64,000 nucleotides of DNA from Macrostomum lignano (taxonomy: Eukaryota): assembly GCA_002269645.1 (NCBI GenBank), contig NIVC01001366.1, forward strand, positions 1 through 64,000. The letters run 5' to 3'. The notes under the pieces are model-generated. The model saw only the letters and a list, made by a program, of their open reading frames with translations. It was not told the origin of the DNA and did not search any database. Of this stretch, positions 23,400 through 34,220 are shown in pieces. The stretch's first letter is position 1; each line of letters begins with the position of its first letter. The position numbers and the translations under genes were made by a program.

Positions 23400-24130
23400 A
23401 GGTCATGGAATCGGTTCTATTGCTGATGAACCGATCTCTGGCTCAGGCAGCATGCTCAGTTTTCAGGGAGACTGCCTGTCAGCCTACCTTGGATTGGGAA
23501 TCCTTGCAGTTTGATTTGATGTTTTCTCCGTAGGCTGTGTACACTGAGGGTAGTGAGCACTACTCAGCTTTGTCATTTTAGCAATTCTGCATAGCGGCAT
23601 TACAATGGCTCTGCTGGTATCTGTCATGGTGTCTTGTGTTGTTTGCTCAGACAGAGGCTTAGGTCAAGGAGGACACCCAGGAATTTCACCTCCTGGCTGT
23701 ACGGAACCTCCGTCCGTCTCCCAGATATTGTTTGGGTCGCAAGTCCATGCGCCTGGTGGGTTTGTAGTTGAAAGCGATTGCTTTGCTCTTCCCAGCATTC
23801 AGTCTGATGGTCTGAAACGTCTGAGATAGCTCTGAAAGGAATGTTCGGAGCCCTACAAAGGTGTCAGCTGAGGCCCAGACGGCCGTGTCGTCTGCAAATT
23901 AACTGCGCAAGTTAAGTTGGCATTGAGCTGACGTAGAAGAGGTGCAGGAGAGGGCTCAGGATGCCTCTCAGAGAGACGCCAGACTGCATGGTGTGGGAAT
24001 CGCTGAGACCCCCTGGACTCGAACCTGAATCTGTCTGTTTCTCAGACAGTCTGTCAGGATTCGGTGAGCTTTGATAGAAAGCCATCAGTGAGCATGCAGT
24101 GTCTGAGCTACATGTCAGTAAGCTTGTCAG
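23400..24130 (-). mobile_element. Decayed LINE reverse-transcriptase fragment
   Basis: Minus strand gives LRNRQIQVRV, SGVSLRGILSPLL (degenerate GVPQG), FADDTAVW, RLNAGKSKAIAF and EVKFLGVLLD, broken by frameshifts and stops. Confidence 0.8.
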
Positions 24131-24899
24131 TAAGCTTGTCCTCAGTGAGCTTGTCATGTCAGGCGGTATCAAAGGCTGCCTCTGCATCTAGGAAAACTGC
24201 AGCGGACTTTTTTGCTTTGCACTTTGCTACCATTATGCCTCATCATAACTTTCATCAAATAGTGATCATTAACTTTAATAATAGACATAGAATATATATT
24301 ATTTTTAATAATTTTTGAAAAAAACTCTGAAATTGTAACATGATTCAATTAGTTGGCTTAGTCTGCAGTGCTTTATCGGGCACATCCAGCATTACGACAG
24401 CCCTAAAAAGACTTGCGACACTATCTACTCACAGTAGTCAAGCGTGCGGGGTTAGGTGCACGAAGCGAGGGATGGAGACTTAGCATTTCTTATTCTTTTG
24501 CACTCTCTAACGGAGACTCCTAAAATTTTCTGGCTAGCCTACCTACAAGCTACTTTGGGAAGACATGAGTTCATTAACCTATCAACCACAGGGCTCACGC
24601 TGAACAATGGAGTAACGAGATTGCTGCAGACACATGCTTGCAGAGTTCAAAGTCACAACAGCCAGTCTGATGGTATGCCGAGTCACACAGCAGGCAGTCC
24701 ACAAATGGACTGGTTCAAGATTTAGCTGCGGCGGGAGCAGTGGGACTTCTCTGCCGCCGACTCGGTCCCAATGCTCTCGTCAGCAAGAAATAGAAACCTG
24801 CTGAGGCAGCCTGCAAGAGTCCAGCTCCATCGAGCGCTACGTCTCTATTGAGCTTCAATTTTGTGTGGTCAGAATAAACTAAACTTACGGGTCGATATC

Positions 24900-25090
24900 C
24901 GTCAAAAACACGACCACGCAATTAAACTTTTAAAGGTCTCGGCGTCTGTATCGCCAACTTCGTCGCACTTGCAGGTCGATGCCGGTTCTTGTAGCAAAAA
25001 AGCTGAGAGTTCCAAAGATAAAGACAAAGGCAACCTGGGAAGCGCGCTTTGATAATGTGTTCTGGTGAAGGGGCGCAACCGGGACTTGGA
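24900..25090. repeat. Segmental duplicate of 27040-27190
   Basis: Shared GCAGGTCGATGC.GGTTCTTG and GCGCGCTTTGATA.TG.GTTCTGGTGAAGGGGCGCAAC.GGGACT. Confidence 0.7.
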
Positions 25091-25867
25091 ATTATAGAAC
25101 CTGGTCCATGTTCGGGTCTTCCTGGCGAGAGTCAACACCTTGGGGGACCCAGCTGGTCCATCCAGACAACGCTGGCAGGATCGAAAATTCCACTGTAGGT
25201 GTGGTGGATTGCATGGTGATCGAGAAGTCTCCGTCCAAGAATGGATGAATTCGACCGAATACTTGGCCAACCTTCTTGCTCGGCGAATGTAAAACCATCG
25301 CCGAGAATGGTCCTCAGCAAGCCCCTGGTAGGCGTATTGATTCCACAGCAGCTCCGAGGGCAAACCTGCACATGCACACACGCAAACACATTAATATAGT
25401 AAATAATGCACTGCTCAGTCTATTTCAATAACACTGATGCACTACATGCTGTATGGGGGTCTCAGCGCCTTCTGAAAAGCCTGTAGCTGCCGTGGTTGCT
25501 GCACCTACTGGCGCGGCATGCCGCAGGCAGGCATAATGATGGAATAGCAGCTCCAAATTAATTGCAGCTAGCAGTGCAATTTAAAACAAATCCTGATTAA
25601 TAAAATTCTAGATGCTTGAACTTGCTTTTTAAGATTATTATACGAGTAAACTGTATTAATAAAATTAACGGGGGTGGATAGAGCGCCAGAGCGGTCATGT
25701 AGTACATGATGCACATAATATGACATATTACACATTCGGGCTCTTGAACACGCCAAAAGACAGTTGGAGCCATTTGCACTAGCAGCAGCTGACCTTGTGC
25801 GATTCTCACCTGCACTTGGCCTTCAGCAGGTTCTCTCCTGAGCTGCTTCCACAGCCGTGACACGGCA

Positions 25868-26829
25868 TCATGCAGCGCGGGCGACTCTGCGCCTCGTGCG
25901 CAACCTTTGAGCATGTAGCATATTAATGCGGTTTAGAATGTCGCCGCGCATCGCCCGCATCTCATTTTGGATGGCGGCCAAGGCTGCGCGATTCTCGGCC
26001 AAGGCTGCGCGATTTTCGGCCGAGGCTGCGCGATTTTCGGCCAAGGCTGCGCAATTTTCGGCCAAGGCTGTGCGATTCTCGGCCAAGGCTGCGCGATTTT
26101 CGGCCAAGCTGCGCGATTTTCGGCCCGGTCGGCCCGCACCTCATCTAAGATGGCGGCCAAGGCGGCTCGATTTTCGGCCAAGGCGGCGCGATTCTCGGCC
26201 AAGGCTGCGCGATTCTCGGCCAAGGCTGCGCGATTTTCGGCCCGGTCGGCCCGCACCTCATCTAAGATGGCGGCCAAGGCGGCTCGATTTTCGGCCAAGG
26301 CGGCGCGATTCTCGGCCAAGGCTGCGCGATTCTCGGCCAAGGCTGCGCGATTTTCGGCCCGGTCGGCCCGCACCTCATCTAAGATGGCGGCCAAGGCGGC
26401 TCGATTTTCGGCCAAGGCGGCGCGATTTTCGGCCAAGGCAGCGCGATTCTCGGCCAAGGCTGCGCGATTCTCGGCCAAGGCTGCGCGATTTTCGGCCCGG
26501 TCGGCCCGCACCTCATCTAAGATGGCGGCCAAGGCGGCTCGATTTTCGGCCAAGACGGCGCGATTCTCGGCCAAGGCTGCGCGATTTTCGGCCAAGGCTG
26601 CGCGATTCTCGGCCAAGGCTGCGCGATTTTCGGCCCGGTCGGCCCGCACCTCATCTAAGATGGCGGCCAAGGCGGCTCGATTTTCGGCCAAGACGGCGCG
26701 ATTCTCGGCCAAGGCCGCGCGATTCTCGGCCCGGTCGGCTCGAATTTCCGCCAAGACCCATGCAGCGGAAACCGCGGACGCAGTGGATGCTACAGCAGCA
26801 GCCGCCACAAGCAGACTCTGATTGCTGTC
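25868..26829 (-). CDS. Heptad-repeat coiled-coil exon, long copy A (about 320 aa): hydrophobic N-segment, (AENRAAL)n rod, Arg-rich tail; 1-nt deletion near 26107
   Basis: Acceptor TTATTTATCTCAG|GAC. Only one frame stays open through the linkers (AAILDEVRADR). Ends RLRTRRRVARAA*. GGCCAAGGCTG is reduced to GGCCAAGCTG at 26107. Confidence 0.55.
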
Positions 26830-28519
26830 CTGAGATAAATAACAGATGCATTTCCATATGTTCACGGCATGTCGGATTTGCAAAGTTCAAGTTAAGAAAC
26901 TGTTCCAGAGGGTCTTAGGGCCTTCTTAATTTCACAACCGAGTCCGGCTGCTGCTCAATCGGGCGCAAAGTCTCTCAGAGCTACTACGGAGCCAGCCTTT
27001 GTTTGAAGGCCGACATCCTACCAGAACGGGATCACACGAAACCGTTGAACATCTCGACGGCGACTGTATCGGCAACTTCCTTCGTTCCTTGCAGGTCGAT
27101 GCTGGTTCTTGTGTAGCGGGCGCACCTAGAACCTGGGGAGCGCGCTTTGATAGTGGGTTCTGGTGAAGGGGCGCAACAGGGACTGGGAGTGGTAGAGGCA
27201 GCTAATCCGTTGACATCGCTGATTTTGGTCAAGGCTGATGCGCAGAGCTTCTCAGGAAAGCAATCAGAAAAGAGGACGTGATGGCTCCAGTGCTCCTTTC
27301 TGCGCCATCGCCTCCAGTCATACGGAATGAAGCATTACGCTTTCCTCGCCTCGGCTCGTAGATGCTGAAGCAGCTTCCGGATGTGTACGTGTACACACTC
27401 AACCCTGTATATGCACACACTCCTCAAATATGTACAGGTACACACGCTAAACTATAAACGCACAAAAAACTGAACACGTCTCTAAACTATAAAGTTGTAA
27501 AGTGAAATAATTGTTATTAAGACTGGTAAACGGCACAGTCAGGCTGCATCCACAATGTCATCGTATATCAGGCAACAGAAATTAGGATCTACTGTCGTAA
27601 AGATGGTAGAAATAGAGCGTGCTTTTTGATACGCTTTCGGTTCAATTACAATTAATTGAAAGCAAAACACGAGTCAGCAGCAACTGTCAGTATCTCTACT
27701 CGTATATCTCTATCACAAGCAATGCTGAGCAGGTTCTCACTCCAAACAGCGTGCAGGATTGTAGATACCGCACACTCTTTTTCATTTTAATTACTTAAAC
27801 TGCTAAAAAATGGGCCTAGTGGGACAGCACATTCACCGCCAGAGCTTGCAAGTCAAGCAGATTCGCCTAAGCAGATTGCAGTGTTGGAGCTGAATAGGCT
27901 TACGTAACACCGTACCTTGTAGGCAGTTACCACAGGTGGTCACTTGTGCTAAGCTCTCTGCTGTGATTGAGTAGCGCCTCTGAGCTTATAATAATAATAA
28001 TATCTGGTCTGATATCTTGTTAATACTAATAATAGTGTCTGGGCCACAGAGACCGACTGCAGCGAGGGACAAAAAGCGACGCAAACCAGCCGGGGACAGG
28101 CCAGACCTCCCAACTCGAACCAAACAGAACCAGGCCAGCCCAGGCAAAACTGCGCACTTCTAGTGTGAAATTTCCCTAAATCATCTCATCAACATAAATG
28201 ACTCAAATGACATCAAATCGCACGACTGATGAATGAACATTTGTACAATACTTTAATTAAACGGAATATGGCCTTATTTGAGCACTGATGCTTTTGACAT
28301 CTGTTTTCATGTTGTCAGCTGCGATGCCGCCTCCTCACTTCATTTTCAGGTCACTCGGCAGCGGGGCTGCAAATCGTGCGCGCAGACCAGCGGCGTCTGC
28401 ACGGCAGTCCCGCGTTCAGCTGGCAGATTCGGGCTGTCCTACCGCAAAACGCTGGGTGCCATGCCAGAGGGGAACTCGCTGCGATGCTGAATCAAAAGTC
28501 ACCACCGGAAGATCTGCAG

Positions 28520-28870
28520 CCTCCTGCGCCGTTGACCCCATCTCCTGCGCCGTTGACCCCATCTCCTGCGCCGTTGACCTCGCCTTCTGCGCCGTTGACC
28601 TCGCAATCTGCGCCGTTGACCTCGCCTTCTGCGCCGTTGACCTCGCCTTCTGCGCCGTTGACCTCGCAATCTTCGCCGTTGACCTCGCCTCCTGCGCCGT
28701 TGATCTCGCCTTCTGCGCCGTTGACCTCGCCTTCTGCGCCGTTGACTTCGCCTTCTGCGCCGTTGACCTCGCCTTCTGCGCCGTTGACCTCGCCTTCTGC
28801 GCCGTTGACTTCGCCTTCTGCGCCGTTGACCTCGCCTTCTGCGCCGTTGACCTCGCCTTCTGCGCTGTTT
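28520..28870. repeat. 21-bp tandem array GCCGTTGACCTCGCCTTCTGC, about 16 copies, stop-free in all three minus-strand frames
   Basis: Minus-strand frames read (AEGEVNG)n, (QKARSTA)n and (RRRRGQR)n. The unit is homologous to 32240-32280. Confidence 0.85.
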
Positions 28871-29643
28871 CGACTGTTAAAATAGTAATTTACCTGTTTA
28901 TATAAAGTAGTTTATCATTAGAAGATTCTAGAATGTTACTTCGAATCCCATGTTCGCGTACAGTGGTCTCCAACAGGTTACTTTGTATAAGAGGGCAACT
29001 GCTGCCCCTGATCTTGTTTACCGTGACTACAAATATACAACTAGACTCGCAGATCAAAATGAAACCTATTTTACTTGAATAGATGAAGCTTAAGCTTGAC
29101 AATTCCGTGGTATCAATGACTGGGTTAAATAGTGAAAAAATCAAAATTCGAATCCACAGGCTTGGAACTGCATGTTGAGCTGTTGAGTGTGTTGTCTCAG
29201 TAATCACATTTACACACTGTGATAAAAGCCCATTTAGTATGCCATTAACTTGAAAACACACTGTAATTTAGCTTGTTTTTAGTCTCTTAAAGTACTTTGA
29301 ATCCTTTTACTTCATCTGTGGATCCATGATCCGTGTAGTGGAGGCGAGTTTTATGCATTACTGAGACTATAATAAGAAAATTAGCAGTATGCAGGCAACT
29401 GTGCAAAGCGTGAAATTCGGGAGACAGGCCAGCACTGTTTGAGCAATGACTACTCAAGTACTCGTACATGTAGGACAACAAAACTTCGTTTTTTGGAAAA
29501 TTTTAGGAGGCAGCTTTTCCAAAAATACACTATGGAGATAGGAAGTTTTGATTTTTAAGCACAAAAAATGTTATTGTTTCGATAGGAGGCAGACCCAATG
29601 TTTCGATATGTTATGCTTTTCTTATACGCTCTTAGCTCTATTA

Positions 29644-30412
29644 TAGCATTTTCCAAGCCAACTGAACCTGGGAGCAAGCAATTTAATCCTTATTGGGAGA
29701 GTCAAGCTGTTGAAGACTTGTTTTCCATTGTCTATGGCCCAATAGGGGGTCTATGGAGCAACCAATTTGAGAATCTGGGCGCGCTATTAATCTTTTTCAC
29801 AGTGCTCGTATATCCTTCACGAATAACTTCACTGAAATAACGTCTGCAAATAGATGGCATATCAAAAAACGATTGACATTAACAATTTGATTTCAGAGAA
29901 ACCAATCAAAACGGGCAAAAGCAAAACAATGGTCGATGCTCGATCACCACCCTGTTCGTGCGCGGTCCCGGCGTCCCGTGATTTCAAAGCAACGCCTGAT
30001 AGAATACACTTTTTCTCTGTACGTCCAGCCATCGCGAAATGTGCTCAGCACTATCACCTCTCTCCATGGCAGCGACAATCAGGTCGTACCTTTCGTTGCT
30101 TATCTTGCGATAGGGTTCTCGCCCTGCAGGATTCTGCTCATCCACTGCATCTTGCATGGGCTGTAGCAAAACTTTCTTCACTGCTCTGCTCGCTAAATTC
30201 TTCGTCTGATAAATCCATGTTTGTCTAATGAAATCTGTTTTTTCTATGGTCTAAGGCTTGCGCAACTGTAGAAAGGATTAATAGCGCGCCCAGATTCTCA
30301 AATTGGTTGCTCCATAGACCCCCTTTTGGTCTTCAATAGCTTGACACTCCCAATAAGGATTAAATTGCTTGCTCCTAGGCTCAATTGGCTTGGAAAATGC
30401 TATATATGATAT
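29644..30412 (-). mobile_element. Non-autonomous Tc1/mariner-like element with ~150-bp TIRs and TA TSD
   Basis: Arms 29644-29803 and 30265-30412 are reverse complements (left arm has about 20 extra nt), with TA on both sides. Internal minus-strand remnant GREPYRKIS...IVAAMERGDSAEHISRWLDVQRKSV resembles a transposase HTH. Confidence 0.82.
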
Positions 30413-30962
30413 TCATAAAGCTTTTCGTTCAGAAAAAAAGGATTCTATGTTAATTATTTATTCTACGTACATTTTCCTGTACCTAAAAATCATAAAAAAT
30501 GCACAGCTCGACTCTTTGGTCTTATAAATCTATTTTATCATACCTGTTACACATATTGTTACAGTCCGCTAAGAGTCCTTGTGTTACTATGTAGTCCTTG
30601 TGTTTGAGTTTCAGATTCACAGAACGCTCGCCTTCACTTTTGCTTCACTTCCTCCATGCGATCCAGCCAGCAATAGCATGTAACAATAGGAATTTAGTGC
30701 GTCATCAAAAAATAAAAAAATTCGTCTTGGTAACAATCGCAATCATTTTTAGTGCGCTGAGTATTTATCCGGTTTAGCGAGAATCAAGAATAGAAAGCAG
30801 TATATTTGCATTTCATAGCGCTGTACAAAGCAGATTAGCAGAGGTACAGTTAATCATTATGACTAAATTAAATAACAACTATGAAAATGGAACCGAAGAA
30901 TGTAACAAAAGTGGCTAGCCAATACTACTACCAGTAGGTCATTCAGACTCAACAAAACAATA

Positions 30963-31128
30963 ATGCTACTGACAGTAGTTCAGTCGGGACTCATGATACT
31001 ACTGACAGTAGTTCAGTCGGGGCTCATGATACTACTGACAGCAGTTCAATCGGGCTCATGATACTACTGACAGTAGTTCAATCGGGGCTCATGATGCTAC
31101 TGACAGTAGTTCAATCGGGGCTCATGAT
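30963..31128. repeat. 33-bp array (5 copies) containing the TRAPPC2L stop codon
   Basis: Minus-strand unit ATCATGAGCCCCGATTGAACTACTGTCAGTAGC. Confidence 0.9.
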
Positions 31129-31551
31129 GTTCGCCACCTCGTCATTAAACAGCCGGGAGACGATCTGCTCGCCAGGCGTGTAGAAGGCGGAGCAGACCAG
31201 CCGGATGTAGGCCGCCTGCAGCCGCTTGAACACGGCGCGCACATCCGCGTCTTTTTGAAGCGCCGGGTTGGCGGCCTCCACCACCAGCACGAGCTTCACC
31301 CGGGTGTTGGTGACGTAGCCGTAGACCCGGAAGTCCTCGCGGAAGTGCAGCAGGCCCAGGTACTGGTCCCAGGGGTCGTGATGGCCGGCCTTGGCCTGGC
31401 CGGCAGTCTGGGCGGCGCTGGCCACCCGCTCCTGGATGATGTCCAGGCTGGTGTGCACCAGGTAGTGGTACTGCAGCGCGTTCTCGTGCGGCAGGGTGCG
31501 CAGGTACAGCGGCTGGTTGTCGCGACCGACCACGGCGACGCAGACTGCCAT
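31111..31551 (-). CDS. TRAPPC2L: Trafficking protein particle complex subunit 2-like, intronless, 146 aa
   Basis: MAVCVAVVGRDNQPLYLR...HYLVHTSLDII.E...YLGLL...YGYVTNTRVKLVLV matches the sedlin-like TRAPPC2L pattern. Confidence 0.93.
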   Translation of the reverse strand: MAVCVAVVGRDNQPLYLRTLPHENALQYHYLVHTSLDIIQERVASAAQTAGQAKAGHHDPWDQYLGLLHFREDFRVYGYVTNTRVKLVLVVEAANPALQKDADVRAVFKRLQAAYIRLVCSAFYTPGEQIVSRLFNDEVANIMSPD

Positions 31552-31557
31552 GTTGAT

Positions 31558-31690
31558 GGAGTGCTCAGCCGCTGTTGCTGGAGTGCTCAGTCGCTGTTGC
31601 TGGAGTGCTCAGCCGCAGTTGCTGGAGTGCTCAGTCGCAGTTGCTGGAGTGCTCAGTCGCAGTTGCTGGAGTGCTCAGTCGCTGCCAGCA
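31558..31690. repeat. 22-bp array immediately upstream of the TRAPPC2L ATG
   Basis: TGGAGTGCTCAGTCGCTGTTGC, about 6 copies. Confidence 0.88.
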
Positions 31691-32213
31691 ACAATCGAGG
31701 CTCTGCAGTGTCGTCTCGCAGCTAATCGAGCGGCTAAACAGCATGAAGTTTTGTAAAAAAATAGTTCAGATCGGTTTCTACGAAATAAGCCATTATCACT
31801 AAGTGCATTCGCTTGCTACTGAGCTCAATTACCAGCAGATGCAAATGACAAAATGGCAAAGCAAGCATTTTACTATAATTCTAATGCTGACACGAACGAT
31901 CAGACAGCCAGAGCATAAATCAAAATATTTATTCACACTTAGAAAACAGCCATCAAGGCTAGCACTAGCGAGTTACAAAATGCAAACGAGTCTTCAAATA
32001 GCCGATAGAGACAGTAAGCGTTTAAGTTATTCTGCAGCATGAAATGCAAAAACTTCTCCGGCGGAAAGCGCAACGAGCATCGAACAAGGCCGAGCGGTGG
32101 CAGCGGCTCAAAACATTTGCTGCATCTGCAATAAAAGGCAAATTATGCAAACAGGTGATGCTGACTCGAAGCGAGGGTAAATTCCAGCAACAGTGAGAAG
32201 ATGAGTTACTCAC

Positions 32214-32297
32214 CGGCTCCAAGGCCAAACCGCCGTTTCCTGCACCGTTGACCCCGCCGTCTGCGCCGTTGACCCCCGCCATCGCTTGATCCGCCAT
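32214..32297 (-). other. Possible small first exon MADQAMAGVNGADGGVNGAGNGGLALEP ending at a GTGAG donor; unexpanded relative of the 28.5-kb repeat
   Basis: ATG at 32297, CCG|GTGAGT at 32213, and two GTCAACGG(C/T)GCAG units. Confidence 0.35.
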
Positions 32298-32957
32298 CGC
32301 TGAACTCGCTCACAGTGGTGATGCCACCAGCGGACATCTGTTGAAAGGGCGGTAAGCAGTCCGGATAGACTTGGAGAGCAAATTGTGCGGATTCAGTGAC
32401 GGCTATAATTTAAAACGGGCCAAAATTTCTCGACAAGAGCAGTTGAGTCCCCTTTGTTAAAATGATCTGCTCAAACTTCAGCACCTCCACCAAACTAAAC
32501 GAGAAGTGTGTAAAATCTGTCGAGAGCAAGACAGCCTCATGCAACAAGGCTGGGAAGCAGCTTTTTAGGACCTGAAAATGAGGAACAAGTGGGCCTGCTT
32601 GATGCTTCAAAATGCTGTGAATAACATATTCAGTAACCATATCAACTATTAATATAGTAACCATATCTACTGTATTATTATAGAAACGGACGTTGACGCA
32701 TTGGAAGGCAGAAGTGCATTTCAAATGCCGTCGGCGGGGTGGGCAATCATGCAGTTCATTATGCACATGTACTGCATGCACATTATAATATGACACATTT
32801 TGCACATTCGGACGAATATTTAAAAACACGCCAGGAGACAGCTGGAGCCATTTGCACTGACGGCAGCTGACCTGAAATGAATATTTGCGTGCGACTCTCA
32901 CCTGCACTTGGCCTTCCGCAGGTCCTCCTGAGCTGCTGCCACAGCCGCGACACGGCA

Positions 32958-33314
32958 TCATGCAGCGCGGGCGACTCTGCGCCTCCTGCGCAACCTTCGA
33001 GCACGTACCATATCAATGCGGTCCAGAATTTCGCCGCGCATTGCCCGCATTTCATTTAAGATGGCGGCGAGGTCGGCGCGATTCGCTCGCATTTCGCCGC
33101 GCATCGCCCGCATTTCGCCGCGCATCGCCCGCATCTCATCTAAGATGGCGGCGAGGTCGGTGCGATTTTCGGCCAAGGCGGCGCGATTCTCGGCTCGATC
33201 GGCGCTATTTTCGGCCCGGTCTGCGCGAATTTCCGCCAAGGCCCATGCAGCGGAAACCGCGGACGCAGCGGATGCCACAGCAGCAGCCGCCACAAGCAGA
33301 CTTTGATTGCTGCC
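32958..33314 (-). CDS. Heptad-repeat coiled-coil exon, short copy B (118 aa)
   Basis: Acceptor TTATTTGTTTCAG|GGC. Reads GSNQSLLVAAAAVASAASAVSAAWALAEIRADRAEN...ILDEMRAMRGE...RARRLRRRRRVARAA*. Flanks are homologous to copy A. Confidence 0.55.
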   Translation of the reverse strand, partial: GSNQSLLVAAAAVASAASAVSAAWALAEIRADRAENSADRAENRAALAENRTDLAAILDEMRAMRGEMRAMRGEMRANRADLAAILNEMRAMRGEILDRIDMVRARRLRRRRRVARAA

Positions 33315-34220
33315 CTGAAACAAATAACAGATGCGTTTCCGTGTGCTCACAGCATGTCTAACTGGTGCAGTCTCCGAATGCAACATCTGCTTGTCTATGC
33401 TGAACTCCCTGCGCGCAGGCAAAAAGCAAAAAGCCAAAGCCAGCACCACTAATTCTAATGCCGAGACGAACAATCAGGCAGCCAGAGTACAAATCAATGT
33501 ATATTTTAAATTTAGAAAACAGCTATCGAAAATGTCTACTATCGGTAGTCAGTCGGCTCTGTGCAACAAGCTGCGAGTGGAAGGGCCGGTGGATCTTGCT
33601 GATTCTCTAGAAATAATAATAATAAGACTAAAAAATCTAACGGAAAGCGAGACAAAGAGGGCGGCGAACTCGTGCAACAAAATCTACGCTACTACAAAAC
33701 GCGAGGCGGACTCAAAGTGAAAGAGAACAACAAAAACGGAGTAGCAGAGTATTGGTTTAATATCTCGGCCTTCTCATAGGAGGCTTTAATAATATTGGTC
33801 AGACATTCTCCATTACTAACAGTAGAGTGAGAAGAAAACGTAGCTATTGAATTCATCTGGAAATCTTCAAATTCTAAACGGAGACAGCGCGGACTGCGGA
33901 GGTTCCAGAAAGCGGCCTGGCTGGCAAGAGGACACGCGTTGAGCACGGGGAAAATAAAAACTCGGGCATCTGCTGCGGCCGCTCGCTGGAACTGAAAGAG
34001 ACGCTTGGGCGCTCGCTAAATAAGGGTGAGCGCGGGGCTAACACAGGGCTACACAAGAGAGATTTCTTAATGTCTGAGTTTGCACTAATACACAAATTCT
34101 ATGGCGGGCTACACAACGGACAGTCTACTACAGATTATGGAGTCATTGTTCTCCAGCCAAATCTAAGAAAATGTTCAAAATGAGCCAAGCTCCAAGTTAA
34201 TCAAAGACCAGCTCGCTTCA

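Noticed and set aside
26829-32297. Splicing of the MADQ exon (32297-32214) to rod exon A, with TRAPPC2L nested in the intron
   Set aside because: The phases match, but it needs a same-strand nested gene and skipping of other acceptors; the sequence alone gives no support.
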